NCBI GenBank assembly: GCA_048772705.1
Contig: JBLWGC010000141.1
Location: 7,533-71,532 of the forward strand
DNA from: Leidyana gryllorum EB-2025a
Taxonomy: Eukaryota > Protista > Apicomplexa
Reading direction: 5' to 3'
Length of the DNA stretch: 64,000 nt
Shown: positions 61,853 to 64,000 of the stretch, one piece after another
Numbering within the stretch: position 1 is the stretch's first letter
Layout of the letters: each line of letters starts with the position of its first letter
The notes under the pieces: generated by a model
What the model saw: only the letters and a program-made list of their open reading frames with translations
What the model was told of the DNA's origin: nothing
The model's database searches: none
Program-made: the position numbers and the translations under genes

Positions 61853-61911
61853 TCCACTGTAGTCTGAGTGGCTAGGATATGCGGCTCTCACCCGCACGAT
61901 CCGGGTTCAAG
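61853..61911 (+). pseudogene. tRNA-Glu(CTC) interrupted in the T-loop by the LTR retrotransposon
   Basis: ...CCGGGTTCAAG is followed directly by the LTR start TGTTGTAG. Confidence 0.9.
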
Positions 61912-62511
61912 TGTTGTAGTTCGTGTTGCCGGATGGTCAACTTCCTATCGGGTGGCCAGATTCGACTTGGTGAAATTTCCAATCGAATTAACATCCATCT
62001 GGATACTTCCCTACATATTTGGCACTTATATAGGGGCATGTATAAGATGGTGAAAAGGCATTATTAACGAACGTAAAGCAACCACTACTAAAGCGTAAAG
62101 GCAAATGCACCCTGGTGGTCTGAGCTCTCTGCAACAGTGTAACTGTGCAGACACTCACATGAATGATCAGAGTGTGGTGTCGGGGAGAACTACCGTGTGT
62201 GTCCAGCGCGAGGCTCCGCAAGAGTGCGAGCGACTGGCACATGGGTGGAGTGAGAGAGACACCAGAGCGAGAGACACACGCAAGCAAGTTGGCTAAGTCA
62301 GAGTTGGACTAGGCAAGAGGCGGCCTAAGATAACTTTTGCACTTGGTACAACAAGTCGTAGTTCTTGTTTTGCGCCGTCGTGTGCGACATATTCGTGGTA
62401 GACTTGTCGGCAAAAATACTAACTGGGTTCTAAGTCTGACTTGTGGTCGAAAGTATGCAGAGATGGGAACTGGGCCTCGTTCCCCTCGAGTAGCGACTTG
62501 GGGTTACAACA
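61912..62511 (+). repeat. 5' LTR (600 bp)
   Basis: 7-bp terminal inverted repeat; two solo copies in the window; TATA-like TATATAG near 62026. Confidence 0.93.
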
Positions 62512-62513
62512 CG

Positions 62514-62526
62514 TGGTGCCTCGGCC
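62514..62526 (+). promoter_or_regulatory. Primer-binding site complementary to tRNA-Phe(GAA) 3' end
   Basis: TGGTGCCTCGGCC is the reverse complement of GGCCGAGGCA+CCA of the tRNA-Phe at 4569-4641 and 21451-21523. Confidence 0.9.
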
Positions 62527-63648
62527 CGCCATCTTGTGCAGAAATCGCCACACAAGCAGCCACACGGAGAGGATCGTGGGATCGTCACGGAAGAGGCGCC
62601 GGGACGGCCAACGAAAAATCCGCTAAGTCGCGCGGACCGCCAGGCGAGCGGATCGCGAATTCTGCTAAGTCGAAAACCCATCACCCTGGGGTTCGGAAAG
62701 CTGGTTTAGGCTAAGTTACCTTCATTTTTTTCTCTAAGTCAAACACGAAATGATCAGGTGACGGAGCACCAGTTCCCAGAAGGAGGGGGGACGTCCGGGC
62801 ATAAGCCGGAGCAGGAGTCGACATGTGGCTGTAGGACTAAAAGCCTCGGCTCATAGCTGTACCTTTAAGGACAGCGAGTGTTCAGTGAAAGGCAGGCAGG
62901 CCTAGTAGCGAACATTGAACGTACGCAGAGTCGCGGGGACTTAAGTCCGAAATCTGTTAAAAGGCTGGCTGTAGAGAACCTACAGTGCGATCAGTCAACC
63001 CGGCGAGCCGGGGAGTCGTTGTAACAAACCCCTTTTCTTCGCTGGGAATCGAAGGGTTTGGCAACGCGCAGTATGCTAGTTTGGCTCAACTTGAGAGGGA
63101 GCCTAGTTCCTCTTGGAATCCGGACTGGGGCCTCTAAGTGTATGTGTACCGACCGGTACCTGCTTAGCGGCAAGTAGGTGTGTGCTTCTGTAGCCGCCGA
63201 ACATCCAGAAAGGTGAACTTGGAAGGGCTAGGGCATCCTGGGTGCACCAGTGGGAAACCGGTGAAGGAGCGCCAACTCCGGAACCGGCGAGCTCTAGCAA
63301 CTGTCAAGGGTGGTCTAATGGGAACCACCGGCGCACTACGCGTCTCAGCATGAAGTAAAGTCGTTATACGGGTAACATCTGTGTCGGTGTTATGTAAGTA
63401 AGGACATAAGTCCTCGCCCAATGAAAAACGACTCAAGTGCTGACGTGAAGCGTCGTCTACGTTTACTAAAACGTTCTACAAAGGGCAGCACTCGTAAGAG
63501 GCGCCAATGTTGCTGTCTCGCAGAGACACGCACACAAAGCAGTATGAATAAAAAGAATTCAACTGCAATTCACTAAGCATTCGTTGTTGAGCATTCACTA
63601 CTGCTTAAGCATTCGTTGTGAAGTTACTTCTTTACTTACTAAGTAAAC

Positions 63649-64000
63649 ATGTCCGCCAATCAAGAGCAAGCCACTTCGCATACCGCTTCTCCCCGCAATA
63701 CGGAACAGCCTGCGGAAACCCCCATCGACGCCCGCCACATGATGACACTCATGATGGAAATGGTGCGCTCGCAGCAATTGGTTATGGAGCGGTTGGAAAC
63801 AGAGCGCCGCGAGTATACTCAGCGCCTCCAGCAACATACAGAGGTTGCTATGCTCGCCCGTACGGAACGCCCAGACCGTACAGAACGCCAAGAAACCAGG
63901 AGGCTCCCTACGGTCAAGTATAATGACCTCCCCATGTTGTCGTTGAGTAGACCAGGCTCAATCGACCAATGGTTCGTAGACTTCGAGCAACGAATCAAGG
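63649..64000 (+). CDS. gag: Gag-like polyprotein, N-terminal part (truncated by window end)
   Basis: My translation MSANQEQATSHT...KYNDLPMLSLSRPGSIDQWFVDFEQRIK has no stop over 117 codons. The LP...WF..FE motif resembles retrotransposon capsid N-domains, and the ORF lies downstream of the PBS. Confidence 0.75.
   Translation, partial: MSANQEQATSHTASPRNTEQPAETPIDARHMMTLMMEMVRSQQLVMERLETERREYTQRLQQHTEVAMLARTERPDRTERQETRRLPTVKYNDLPMLSLSRPGSIDQWFVDFEQRIK

Larger units (their letters stand above)
1..61911. repeat. Mosaic array of about 300 tRNA genes/pseudogenes on both strands, all 20 amino acids
   Basis: A-box (TAGCTCAG/TAGTGG) and B-box (GGTTCGA) cloverleafs recur every ~150-250 bp. No encoded CCA; eukaryotic-type initiator Met present. 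Count is a manual estimate. Confidence 0.97.
61912..64000 (+). mobile_element. LTR retrotransposon 5' end (probably Ty3/gypsy-like): LTR, PBS, ~1.1-kb leader, gag start
   Basis: 600-bp LTR with TGTTGTA/TACAACA termini, PBS 2 nt downstream, gag-like ORF open to the window edge. Confidence 0.92.

Noticed and set aside
1-61911. CRISPR array or bacterial/phage tRNA operon
   Set aside because: No constant repeat with unique spacers and no cas genes. Genes lack encoded CCA, lie on both strands, and include a eukaryotic initiator Met and an intron-containing Tyr.
1-61911. 5S rRNA, U6, 7SL or spliced-leader RNA genes among the tRNAs
   Set aside because: I saw no diagnostic motifs by eye (e.g. U6 ACAGAGAAGATTAGC); an Rfam cmscan would be needed to exclude them fully.
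63618-63923. 101-aa ORF from the track as gag
   Set aside because: It starts at GTG with low-information composition. The overlapping ATG-63649 frame stays open to the window end and has the gag-like motif.

Overview
Eukaryotic, probably protist, DNA. The tRNA-Asp resembles my recollection of apicomplexan/alveolate tRNA-Asp, but this is unverified. About 1-61.9 kb is a dense, bidirectional mosaic of tRNA genes and pseudogenes, roughly 5 per kb or about 300 by manual estimate. It covers all 20 amino acids, about 40 anticodons, and both initiator and elongator Met. It is built from recurring multi-tRNA cassettes that were duplicated, inverted and recombined, often with breakpoints inside tRNAs, and many spacers are older decayed tRNAs. 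Almost all ORFs in the supplied track are spurious translations of tRNA sequence. Non-tRNA inserts: (i) a 600-bp-LTR retrotransposon family, with solo LTRs at 69-628 and 56167-56768 and the 5' end of an internal-domain-containing copy from 61912. That copy has a tRNA-Phe primer-binding site and a gag-like ORF running off the window, and it interrupts the T-loop of a tRNA-Glu. (ii) A 306-bp TG...CA element with a 5-bp TSD just upstream of tRNA-Ala(CGC). (iii) An ~800-bp insert encoding a 236-aa protein with an RG-rich tail, directly behind a tRNA-Met. The tRNA list gives representative copies, not every copy.
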